A DNA stretch of 64,000 nt from contig NC_042998.1 of assembly GCF_006345805.1 (NCBI RefSeq), forward strand, positions 25,730,001 to 25,794,000. Reading direction: 5' to 3'. This document shows positions 38,788 through 50,715 of the stretch, one piece after another. The notes beneath the pieces are model-generated. The model was given only the letters and a program-made list of their open reading frames with translations. It was not told the origin of the DNA and did not search any database. Within the stretch, counting starts at the first letter, position 1; each line of letters opens with the position of its first letter. The stretch comes from Octopus sinensis. Its lineage: Eukaryota. Position numbers and translations under genes: made by a program.

Positions 38788-38850
<63 letters not shown>

Positions 38851-39829
38851 CATGACAGGCTTCTTTCAGTGTTTCCGTCTACCATATCCACTCACAAGGC
38901 TTTGGTTGGCCTGAGGCTATAGTAGAAGACACTTGCCCAAGGTGACATGCAGTGGGACTGAACCCGGAACCATGTGGTTCATAAGCAAGCTACTTACCAC
39001 ACAGCCACTCTTACACCTACATATATATATACATATAAATATATAGATATACACATATAAATATTTATATATGTATATATATATATAAACATACATAAAC
39101 ATGTATAAATAATATCTATATATATATACACACACATGTATACATATGTTCACATATACATGCATATGCATACACACACATATATATACATATATAAATC
39201 AAATGGAAATTGTAGTTAAGATACTCATGCTGGTGACACATAAAAAGCACCGTCCAAAAGTGGTAGATGCCAGCATCGCCTGACTGGCATCCATGTCAGT
39301 GACATGTAAAGGCACCAACCGATCATGGCCGTTTGCAAGCCTCCTCTAGACCCTGTGCCGGTGGCATGTAAAAAAACACCCACTACACTCACAGAGTGGT
39401 TGGCGTTAGGAAGGGCATCCAGCTGTAGTAACGGATCTGCCGGATCAGATTGAGGCCTGGTGCAGCCTCCTGGCTTCCCAGACCCAGGTCGAACTGTCCA
39501 ATCCATGCTAGCATGGAAAACGATTATGATGATGATGATGATGAGGATGATATATGTACATGCATATACAAACAATTTTCACATTTCTCACAAACAGATT
39601 AAGTTAGATGCCACATGACAAAATGAAGCACAAGCTCTTTTGAAGTTGATTATTCCATACAAATAATTTGGTAACAAACTATATGCAAATTTGATAAAGG
39701 ATCTCAAGCTTTGCAGTTATAAACCAAACTAATCTTATAGCAAATAACCAGCAGTTCCCAGACTTTATGAATTATAAATCATGACAATTTGACTCTGCAA
39801 AAAAGATCCATTATCTAACTGGTGATACT

Positions 39830-40156
39830 TAAAGACTCCGCCGGTTACGACGACGAGGGTCCCAGCTGATACGATCAACGGAACAGCTTGCTCGTGAAAT
39901 TAACGTGCAAATGGCTGAGCATTCCACAGACACGTGTACCCTTAACGTAGTTCTCGGGGATAATCAGCGTGACACAGAGAGTGACAAGGCTGACCCTTTG
40001 AAAATACAAGTACAACTCATTTTTGCCAGCTGAGTGGACTGGAGCAACGTGAAATAAAGTGTCTTGCTCAAGGACACAACGCGTCGCCGGGAATCGAACT
40101 CACAACCTTACGATCATGAGCCGAATGCCCTAACCACTAAGCCACGCGCCCTCACG
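39830..40156 (-). mobile_element. tRNA-derived SINE family E, full length with 12-bp TSD
   Basis: TSD actggtgatact at 39818-39829 and 40157-40168; A box tggcttagtgg, B box gagttcgattcc. Relatives at 35150-35358, 60665-60790 and 61452-61782. Confidence 0.9.
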
Positions 40157-40596
40157 ACTGGTGATACTACGGGAAAGCAATATGCCATAAATTCATGACA
40201 AATGAAGATATGAAAATAAGAGTTTGCAAGGCTGTAACGTGATGGAAATGACGCAACATTATGGATCATGAGGATGTTGTTTTTTACCTTTTTTTCGCTA
40301 ATATAAAATTGATCCACAAAAGCCGTAATTACCGAGTATTTTAGAGAAATGTAAAAGCATATCGTCATGAATTCGTGATAATGCTGTGGTAAAAAAAAGT
40401 TTAAGCAGAAATTTGAAAGGATGCCATTATTTAATAGCAAATTATTTTTAAAGAAAGGAGCAGGTGTGGCTGTGTGGTAAAAAGTTTGTTTCTCAACTAT
40501 ACAGTTCTGGGTTCAGTCCACAGCATGGCACCTCGGGCATGTGTCTTTTACAATAGCCTTGGGCTGACCAAAGCCATATATATATGTATACATATG

Positions 40597-40630
<34 letters not shown>

Positions 40631-40633
<3 letters not shown>

Positions 40634-40817
40634 ATGTGACTGCGTGTGTATCGTTGGCGATTTTGTCTTCCCTTCCTTGGACCTTTCCTTTTTCTATGTT
40701 TCTGATGAAGAGCTCTGCTCGAAACCTTAAATCCTCCTTCTCTCTTTCCTTCCCTGAGCATACTTGTTCCACATATTCGCATTGTTGCATTTTCTCTTTG
40801 TTCATGTTTGGATTAAC
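40631..40817 (+). mobile_element. HHR-bearing short element in (TA)n
   Basis: 40699-40731: ttt CTGATGA a gagc-tct-gctc GAAA cc t t aaa (stem III CG mutated to CC). Confidence 0.65.
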
Positions 40818-40850
40818 TATATATATATATATACACATATATATATATAT

Positions 40851-41048
40851 AGTTGGAATTTACAAAAAAAAAACAAGCAAAACAAAAGATGAAAACGGAT
40901 GTGTAATCAACAAACAGATGTATTAGTTCAATGCTCAGAAAGTGAGAAAGTCTTTTACTTTTTGAGCCTACGCTCTTCAATAGAAAGGAACACAGCAATA
41001 AACACAGGGAGAAAATAAAAGATTTAGTGGCTAGCGATCAATAATGGT
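40851..41048 (-). mobile_element. Degenerate copy of the 15975-16172 HHR element in (TA)n
   Basis: Minus strand cttt CTATTGA a gagc-gtag-gctc AAAA ag t a aaag; flanks homologous to the family. Confidence 0.65.
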
Positions 41049-41204
41049 ATATATATATATATTTGTAAAAAAGAAGTTTGAAAATGCCACTATATTAGAT
41101 AAATTTTTATTTTCTTATGAATTTTACATGTTTCGGTTCTTGAAAAAAAAAAAAAAAAATATGGTGCCCCAGCATGGCCACAGCTCATTAGCTGAAACTG
41201 GAAA

Positions 41205-41223
41205 AATCAAAATCAAAATCAAA

Positions 41224-41265
<42 letters not shown>

Positions 41266-41677
41266 CAAAAAATCAAAATCAAAACAAATCAAAATAGATG
41301 AACATCAATGGAATCTGTATCTCTGTGGTACCAGTTCCGTGGCACACAAGAAAACCATCCGAACGTGGCTGTAGCCAGTACCGCATCGACTGGCCTCCGT
41401 GGTGTGGGCACATAACAAACGCCATCCGATCGTGGCCGTTCGCCAGCCTCATCTGGCACCTGTCCGAAGACCCGGCAAGACTAGTCAGGCCATAGCCCGT
41501 GGCCCCTTCCTGGGACGTAGTCAGTCCACCTGTGCATACCTTCCTTCTTATGACACTTGTGAAGACCTGTTGAGGCAAGTGCAAATCAAATCAAATGACA
41601 CTTGTGAAGACCTGTTGAGGCAAGTGCTAATCAAATCAAATGACACTTGTGAAGACCTGTTGAGGCAAGTGATAATG

Positions 41678-41715
<38 letters not shown>

Positions 41716-42710
41716 CATAATCAAATCAAATCAAAATAGATGAACATCAATGGAATTTGTATCTTTGTGGTACCAATGCCGGTGGCACACAAGAAAACCA
41801 TCCGAACGTGGCGGTAGCCAGTACCACATCGACTGGCCACCGTGCTGTGGGCACGTAACAAACACCATCCGATCATGGCCGTTCGCCAGCCTCATCTGGC
41901 ACCTGTGTTGGTGGCACATAAAAACACCATCCAAAGACCCGGCAAGACTAGTCAGGCCATAACCCGTGGCCCCTACCTGGGACGTAGTCAGTCTACCTAT
42001 GCATACCTTCCTTCTTATGACACTTGTGAAGACCTGTTGAGGCAAGTATGTGACACTTGTGAAGACCTGTTGAGGCAAGTGTGTGACAGTTGTGAAGACC
42101 TGTTGAGGCAAGTATGTGACACTTGTGAAGACCTGTTGAGGCAAGTGTGTGACAGTTGTGAAGACCTGTTGAGGCAAGTGAAAATCAAATCAAAAAATCA
42201 AACCAAATCAAAATAGATGAACATCAATGGAATTTGTATCTTGTGGTACCAGTGCCGGTGGCACACAAGAAAACCATCCGAACGTGGCCGTAGCCAGTAC
42301 CGCATCGACTGGCCTCCGTGCTGTGGGCACGTAACAGACACCATCCGATCGTGGCCGTTCGCCAGCCTCATCTGGCACTTGTGTCGGTGGCACATAAAAA
42401 CACCATCCGAGCGTGGCCGTCTGCCAGCCTCGTCTGGCACCTGTGTCGGTGGCACATAAAAAAAAAAAACACCATCCAAGCGTGGCCGTTCGCCAGCCTC
42501 GTCTGGCACCTGTGTCGGTGGCACATAAAATCACCCACTACACTCTCGGAGTGGTTGGCGTTAGGAAGGGCATCCAGCTGTAGAAACACTGCCAGATCTG
42601 ACTGGCCTGGTGCAGCCTTCGGGCTCCCCAGTCTCCAGTTGAACCGTCCAACCCATGCTAGCATGGAAAGCGGACGTTAAATGAGGATGATGATGATGAT
42701 GATGATGATA
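41205..42710 (+). repeat. Tandem array of family C / RTE 3'-region units with nested 33-, 45- and ~60-bp subrepeats
   Basis: Three units start aaatcaaaatagatgaacatcaatgg (~41286, 41728, 42205); five 33-bp copies at 42018-42180; ends in the family C tail and (GAT)n. Confidence 0.85.
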
Positions 42711-43394
42711 CCTACGTGTGTGTGTTTGTCCTCTACCACTGCTTGTCAGTTGCTGTTGGAGTGTTTATGTCCCCATTATCTATTATTTGGTTCAGCAAAA
42801 AAGACTTTATAAAATAAATAACAGGCTTTAAAATCAAGTACAGGGGTTGATTCATTTGACTTAGAATTCTTCAAAGCGTTGCACCAGCATGGCCACACTC
42901 TAATGACAGAAGCAAGTAAAAGATAAAAGACGATATAAAATTGATCCACAAAAGACATAATTACTTGGCATCTTAGAAAAATATATAAGGGCAGATCTTC
43001 TTGAATTTACGATAATGCTTCGTAAAAGAGCTGAAGCAGAGATTTGAAATGATGCCATTATTTGAGAAAAATAATTTTTTTAGGAGAGGAAATTATCAGA
43101 GAAAGAAAGCAATATAGAGAATTGGGAGCAGAAAGGAAGAGATGGGGACGGTCGAGAGTCATGAATTTTGCGTACGTTGTGTCTTGAAATGCAAAATATT
43201 TTGTATGATTACTTAATTACACTGCAGTAATTCAACATATGAAACATGGAGACCTGTAACCAGTGTGTACACGTCGGTTACAAGAAGGTAAACCCAGGTA
43301 TGCTTTTATTAAATAAATGTAGCATTTTTAAATGACAATATGTGCTTAATGAAGAAGCACAAAGAAAGATATAGTTAGAAATGAAGAGCCGGTA

Positions 43395-43443
<49 letters not shown>

Positions 43444-43445
43444 TG

Positions 43446-43624
43446 CTGTTATTATTATTATTATTATTATTATTATCATTATTATTATTGTTATTATTAT
43501 TACCATCATCAGCATTATTATTACTATTATTATTATCATTATCATTATTATTCCATTATTATCATTATTTTTTTACTTTTATTATCATTATTATTATTAG
43601 TTGTAGTAGTATTACCATCATCAG

Positions 43625-43666
<42 letters not shown>

Positions 43667-43724
43667 CATTATTATTATCATTATTTTATTATTGTTATTA
43701 TGATTATTTTTTATTTCATCACTA

Positions 43725-43776
<52 letters not shown>

Positions 43777-43835
43777 CATTATTATTATCATTATTTTTAT
43801 TATTGTTATTATGATTATTTTTTATTTCATCACTA

Positions 43836-43892
<57 letters not shown>
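43446..43892. repeat. (ATT)n microsatellite with internal duplication
   Basis: The interrupting block ttattgttattatgattattttttatttcatcactatc occurs twice. Confidence 0.95.
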
Positions 43893-43893
<1 letters not shown>

Positions 43894-46800
43894 GCACTCT
43901 CCCATCCTTAAATGATGGATGAGCGTTCTGCAGTTTCTTGCCAAACTGCCACACAAATGATTTGTTGAATGTGAACAAATGTTTGTGCTGCATGTAAGCT
44001 CACTCCCTCCAGCAAATTGACGTTACGTGTACAGGTGCACAGGTGTGTCATACGTCAGACATTGAAATGATCAAAGGGCCATGTGAAATAGAATGCTTTG
44101 CAAAAGAACACAATACACCTCCCGGTGGCCTGCGAATCAAAATCAGGATCTCATGGTCATGAGTTCAATACCCCAACCACTAGGTCATATATACATATAT
44201 ACACAAAGGTGTGGTGGTGTGGTGAGAAATCTGCCTCCTAACCTCATGGTTCCATGGTTCTGGTTTCATTCCCACTGTTCGTCACCGTGTTTTTCCTACT
44301 ATAGCTGTAGGGCGACCAAAGCTTTGTGAGTGGATTTTGTTGATGGAAACTGAAAGAAGCTCAAGCTGGTAGAAATGTTAGCATGCCGGGTGAAATGCTT
44401 AGCTGTATTTCGTCTGCCATTACGTTCTGAGTTCAAATTCCGCCGAGGTCGACTTTGCCTTTCATCCTTTCAGGGGTTGATAAATTAAGTGCCAGTTATG
44501 CACTGGGGTCGATATAATCGACTTAATCCCTTTGTCTGTCCTTGTTTGTCCTCTCTGTGTTTAGCACCTTGTGGGTAGTAAAGAAATAGTTATTTCATCT
44601 GCCGTTATGTTCTGAGTTCAAATTCTGCCAAGGTCAACTTTGCTCTTCATCCTTTCAGGGTTGATAAATTAAGTGCCAGTTATGCACTGGGGTTGATATA
44701 ATCGACTTAATCCCTCTGTCTGTCCTTGTTTGTCCCCTCTATGTTTAGCCCCTTGTGGGCAATAAAGAAATAGGAAACTGAAAAAAGTGCATTATATACA
44801 TGTGTGTGTGTGTATTCACTATTGATCACTTCGGGTGGAATCAACAGTGAGAAGCAGTTGGGAATAGGGAATGAATGTTGGGGACAGTAATGTAAACAAA
44901 CACAACACAAATGTAAAATATACAAACAAAGTAAGGCCATGCGACTCTATGATGAAATGAATATACGGGTTACGCAAAGGAAAGGAAAATGTTCTATAAG
45001 AGTGGAAACGGAAAGGAGACAGGTGGAAAAACAGAATGAAAGGTAAGAAAAATGAACGGTAGAAAAAACAAACCATATTCAAAGTAGAGAATGAAGCATA
45101 AGAAATGTGACTGAACAAGTCAGCGGTCAGGTGTAAAAGGAAATGAAAGAGAGAGAGAGGAATGGTCACGGCTCACGTGGTAGGAGAGAGAAAGAGTGGT
45201 GGAGGGCTGAGAGACAGAAAGTAACAGAGAAGTGAGTTGGTAAAGAGATGGGGGAAGAAAGAGAAAAAGGCAAAAGAGAAAGAAAAAGAGGCAGGAATAG
45301 ACTAGTTAAGAAGTTTGCTTTTATGCATATTTATAAAAGTGGTGCTTCATCTTTATAATGGTTAAAATAAAGAACTTCAAAAACATATATACATCGAAGT
45401 TTGCCAAACTTATATAGTTTTTTACAAATTAAAGGTATATGCAAAGCAGCAGAAATTTGCATGATGTAAAGAATTATAACATCCAATTCAATGCAAAGTT
45501 TTTCAAAAAATACTTATTTATAATAAATCTAATTCTTACCTGAAAAACTTAAATATGAAACCTTATATATATTCTTAGTCAAAAAGAAAATTAATATTTA
45601 ATGTTTAAAAAATATGGAAATTTTATTGATGTCATTCATACATATCCTTTTCCTTGATATCTTGTCAAAATAAGGCAAAAATATTTCTTTATTTGTTTTT
45701 TTATATCTTTACATATGATCATCTACAAACAATAACCAATAAAAAAAAATGTAATGAAAAATATATTCAATGGTGTTTATGGACAGTATACCTCAATATT
45801 TTGTAAATTCAATCGAGATGCGATAGATTTAGCTAAATTATTTATTGATTAAGTTAAAAAAATATTAAATCAATGGCGGTTCTTATAAAATATTCTGTTT
45901 CTATTAGCTAATTTATACACTGTTTTCTTTATATTAAAATCATGTTTAGTAAAACTACTCTATTGATGATCTTAAAAACAGCATTTTTATCTGTGATAAA
46001 ATACAGAGAACAATGTTTTCCTATAATTAAGCTGTGTGTATTTTTTTTTTTTGCTTTTCTTATCTGCTGAGACAGATTTATTTTTTAAGAAGATGGCTTC
46101 TGTCTGCCATGCGATGAACTTTGTCTTCAGTTAATACTTGAATTTTTCTCTTTGATATTAATATTTCAGCTTTCTTCTTAATATACCCTAGAGATTGATG
46201 ATTATTATTAGCTTAACTATCGAAATTGTGTTTACTTGCCAGTGTTAGTCTCCAATAGTCTACAAATTATTGTTTTTATTTCTTTAACTTTTTTTTATGT
46301 TGTAACAAAGAAGGAAAAGAGAATACAAATATATGCATACGTAATATACATATATAACTATGCGTGTGTGTATGTGTGTGCGTGCGTATGTGTGTGTGGG
46401 TGCGTGTGTGTGTGGGTGCGTGTGTGTGTGCGTGCGTGTGTTTGTGCGTGTAAATACACACACATACATATGTGTGTGTGTGTGTGTTTGTGTGTTAAGT
46501 ATATGTCATCATCATCATTATCATTTAACGTTCATTAAGTATAGGTACACAAATATATATGTATGTGTATATATATACATATATATCGATATATATATAT
46601 GTATACATATGTATATGTATATATATTTGTATGTATGTATATATATGTATATATATATATGTATATATATGTGTGTGTGTGTGTGTATAAATACATATAT
46701 ACATACATACATATATATATATATGTATATTTATATGTGTGTATATATAAACTTTGCATGTAACAGGAAAAAGATTAGGAGAGAGAGAGAGAGAGAACGA

Positions 46801-48063
46801 GAAACAGAGACCTCTGTTTGGTTGATTTCTAATAGATAGTCTTGTTTCAGACAATAGTCACAAGGGAAAAAAGCAAAGATTAATAGAGTGTACAAGTACT
46901 GTTCATGTCAGGAAATATCTATTGAGATTTGATTTTTAGAAGTGTTTTATTTGAAAGAGAGATTACCTACTGGGATAAATTTAGAATTTTCAAGAAATAG
47001 CAACTACAGTGGTGTTAGATCTGTTACTACATTAATAAAAATATTTGTTTAATGCTGAGCTGTAGGCTTTTATCTCGACTGTTTTTTTTTTTTTTTTTTT
47101 ATCAGATATAATGTAATACACTTCATTTGATAGGGACCAGAAGACTGTCATCAAGAAGACTTGATGTCTATGGAGATTACAAAGCTTATGTAAAGAAACA
47201 AACCAAAAAAAAAAACAAAACAGAAAAATAAACAAAAATGGTATTTTATTGATATTCATAAGAGATTTGATATTTTATAATACTGGATAAATATTATTAA
47301 ATAACAATATTTGTTTTTTAATGCAATAAAACTGGTGGCTTTATTTGTTGGATTTGTTTTGTTTGTTTTTTTTCGGTTTTCCTTTTTTTTTTGCCTTGAC
47401 TAAAGAATCTGATTCGACTTGGGAATGAAAAATGAATTAGATTAATTTTAGTCACATTACTGAGCAGAAATATAACTCAATTTATCTCATTCTATATAAA
47501 TAAGTAATGGATATCAGTTTTAATTTATGATACAGCAATTCATTATCTGAAGGGAATACAACTAAGAATTACTACTACTCCCAAGATTAAATAAGCAAAT
47601 GTCTGGAAAATCAGACATAAGTTTTAATGAAAACCCATTTCAAATTTTGTATATTTCTCTAGTGTTTACAGAATAAGAACAATTAAGAATATAGAATGCC
47701 ATGAGGAAGGAAGATCAGTATAAAAACCACTCGGTTGATACTCTTTCTTTTTGAAGAATATTCTATTCTCTTTTTATGCTCTTACAAATCTTTTAATGGT
47801 CATTTGGGCTTAGTGAAAAGGTAATTTCTTGTGAGATATTTTGTACAACTAGAATCTATGTATATTTAGTTTTAGATTCAACCGATCGTGAGTACATTGA
47901 AGAATTTTGTTGCCAAGAGTGACAGAGATCTGTTCTGTAACTCAGGCAGAATAAAAAAAAAGTATTTTATTTTGAAAATATCGGTCCAATGGTTTTTTGG
48001 TGGTGGGTTCATGTTTACTAATCTAATTGGAAAAAAGACACACAAGCACAAACGTGTGTGTAT

Positions 48064-48095
<32 letters not shown>

Positions 48096-48532
48096 CCATT
48101 TTCCATGTTGGCATGCGTCAGACAGAATTTGTTGAGGCAGATTTTCAATGGCCAGATACCCTTCCTATCACCAACATTTACCAAACAAGGCAGTATTTTA
48201 TATGCTTAAACATGTTTTCCATGGAAGATTGGAAGTGCACGACATGGTTTGTGTGATAGTGACGCTCATTTAAAACCATTATGTGATGCCAAGACAAGTG
48301 TAGACACAAACTCACACACACACGATGACCCATTTCAGTTTCTGTCTATCAAATCCACTTACATGGCTTTGGTTGGCCCAGGACTGTAGTAGAAGACACA
48401 TGCCCAAGGTACTACTGCACAGTGGAACTGAACCCAGAACCACATGGCCATGTCTGTGCTTATAGATATGCCTGAATGTATATGTCCAAGAAAGAAGCTT
48501 ACTCTAAAAGATTAGAACAATATTAGAGTATA

Positions 48533-49810
48533 CAGTGGTTGGACAAAATAATGGAAGCACCTTAAAATTTAAAACAAATTTATTTTAATATGGGGTAGGA
48601 CCACTTTTGGCAGTAATTACAGCGTGAATTCTATGAGGTATGGACCAATACAAAGTTTGGATTTTTTCCAAAGGAATTTTTGACCATTCTTCAGCTAAAA
48701 CAGTCTCTAGTCTTGTAGTGATGATGGTGGAGGATATCAACTCCTTACTTGTTTTTTTACTAAAATGCACCATATATGTTTGATAATATTGTGATCTGGG
48801 GACTGTGGTGGCCAGATAAGATGCTCAACTTCACTACAATGTTTCTTGTGCCATTCAGTAACAACTTTAGCTGTGTAAATTGATGCATTATCATCCTGAA
48901 ATATTATGTTTCTCTCTGAAAGCAATTCCACAACCATAGGATGAATTTGATCAGCTAAAATGCTTAAATAGGCTTGAATATTAATTCTGCCATGAAGGAA
49001 AACCATTGGACAGGCAGATTTCCAAGATATAGCTCCCCCACCCCACCCCCAAATGATCACAGATCCTCCTCCATGTTTAACAGTTAGAAGAAGGCAGTCT
49101 GGGTCAAATGCTTTTTTGGCTGTCTCCACACATATACTCGGCAGGTGGCTGGAAATAAGGTAAAGGATGACTTGTCCAAGAAGATAACATTCTTCCACTG
49201 CTCTAGGAACCAATTCTGTAGGTTTTAACTCCACTCTAAATGCTTTGCAACGTTCATTTTTGAAAGTAGTGGTTTTCTGATTGCAGCGCTCCCACGAAAT
49301 CTGGCTTTGTGCAGCTCCTAGTGAACAGTTTTTATGGAAACTGAGGTGGTCATTACGTTCTGCAGTAATTTTGGGAGCTATACTTTTGTGATCATTTCTA
49401 ACAATTTGCATAAGAGTGCAATGGTCCCTATCTGAAAGTTTGGCTTTTCTTCCAGAGTTTGGTTTCAATGAGGAGGTTTTTCCCAATTTCTCAAAGGCTG
49501 TGATTACTTTTGAGACAGTACTTCTTGATACACCAAACATTTCGGCTATTTTCTTTATGCTAGCACCTACCATACGAGCACCAGCAATTTGACCTCTTTG
49601 AAAGTCCAATAGGTCTGTCATTTTAATGAATTTTAATTACTTTTTTCTGATGATATTTGAAAAGAAGCAGCAATTTTAGCAAAATATATTAAGCAACACT
49701 AATAATAAAACAGAAAACATAAAAATAAACAAGCTTTTGATGGTTTTATAGATATTTCAAAATTATGATGTTATGATGCGAGGTGTTTCCATTATTTTGT
49801 CCAACCCCTG
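48533..49810 (-). mobile_element. Tc1-like DNA transposon, near full length
   Basis: ~30-bp TIRs cagtggttggacaaaataatggaagcacct / aggtgtttccattattttgtccaacccctg; TA on the left flank, CA on the right. Confidence 0.95.
48585..49621 (-). pseudogene. Tc1 (DD34E-type) transposase, frameshifted
   Basis: HTH N-terminus MTDLLDFQRGQIAG..., TVKHGGGSVIIWG, IFQDDNA, WPPQSPDHNIIKHIW (catalytic E changed to K) and C-terminal KSGPTPY in another frame. Confidence 0.9.
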
Positions 49811-50129
49811 CATTTAGAAGGTTTTCAGGCTCAAATGGCAATTGAATCAGACAAGTTGCCTATACAACTCAGTGCTTTATAGGAAGAGAAACTAATGGTC
49901 ACTCTCTGACTGGCCTTAACAAACTCAGTCGAACAAGACTGTGCAGCAGGCATTTCTGAGAGAGTTCTCTAAAATGTCACTAATAGCAATGCAGATTTGG
50001 ACATGGCAAAAAAAAATTTAAAAAGGGAGGCTGTCTGTGCAGGGCAAAAGGATCTGGACGACCACTAACATCAGAAGAGACAGTTGAGTGGGTTCACCAA
50101 AAACTCTTGCAAAGCCCAAAGAACTCCAT

Positions 50130-50715
50130 TAGATGTAGTGTGCAAGAGAGAAGACTGCATTGGTAAAGTTATGTGATGTGTATGGATGAGGACTGCTCCA
50201 TAAAGAAGTGCCGATTTCTTAGTGTGGAGGGAACCTGTTGAAGAGGTACCCAGGAAGATGTTGGATGAGATGGGGAAATATGATCTTCGGATGTTGAGTC
50301 TCACAGAAGTCATAACAAGTGACAGAAACTGTTGGCCATTTGCTGTGCATGAGAAGACATGTCAAGCTAAGTAAAATCATTGTAGTATCCAGTGCTGGTG
50401 GCATGTAAAATAAGCCCATGCCAGTGGCACATAAAAGGCACCCATGCCAGTGGCACATAGAAGATACCCATGCCAGTGGCACATAAAAGATACCCATACC
50501 AGTGGCACATAAAAGGCACCCATGCCAATGACATGTTAAAGCTCCTCAGTACATTCTGTGAAGTGGTTGTCATTAAGAAGAGCATCCAGCCATAAAAACC
50601 AAGCCAAATCAGATTGGAGCCTGGAGCAGCTCTCTAGCTTCCCAGTTCCAGTCAAAATGTTTGACCCATGCCAGCATGGAAAACAGATGCTATATGATGA
50701 TGATGATGATGATGT
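50130..50715 (+). mobile_element. RTE LINE 3' end running into the family C tail
   Basis: Decayed ...PRKMLDE..YDLRMLSLTEVITSDRNCW.FAV, then ~26-bp repeats gccagtggcacataaaag..acccat and the family C end with (GAT)n. Confidence 0.7.

Larger units (their letters stand above)
37164..38794 (+). mobile_element. Retrozyme-like tandem array (~490-bp unit, ~2.9 copies, plus a 231-bp inverted segment)
   Basis: Direct repeats with period 488 and 491 nt and one HHR per unit; 37164-37394 is inverted; (TA)n on both flanks; no long ORF. Confidence 0.85.
36913..39017 (-). mobile_element. SINE family A split by an insertion into its internal (TA)n
   Basis: 3' half at 36913-37140 and 5' half at 38851-39017, collinear with 18852-19258. 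Confidence 0.9.

Noticed and set aside
42018-42180. CRISPR-like 30-33-bp direct repeats (also 41551-41670)
   Set aside because: No unique spacers, no cas genes and a eukaryotic context; the repeats are part of a retroelement 3' region.
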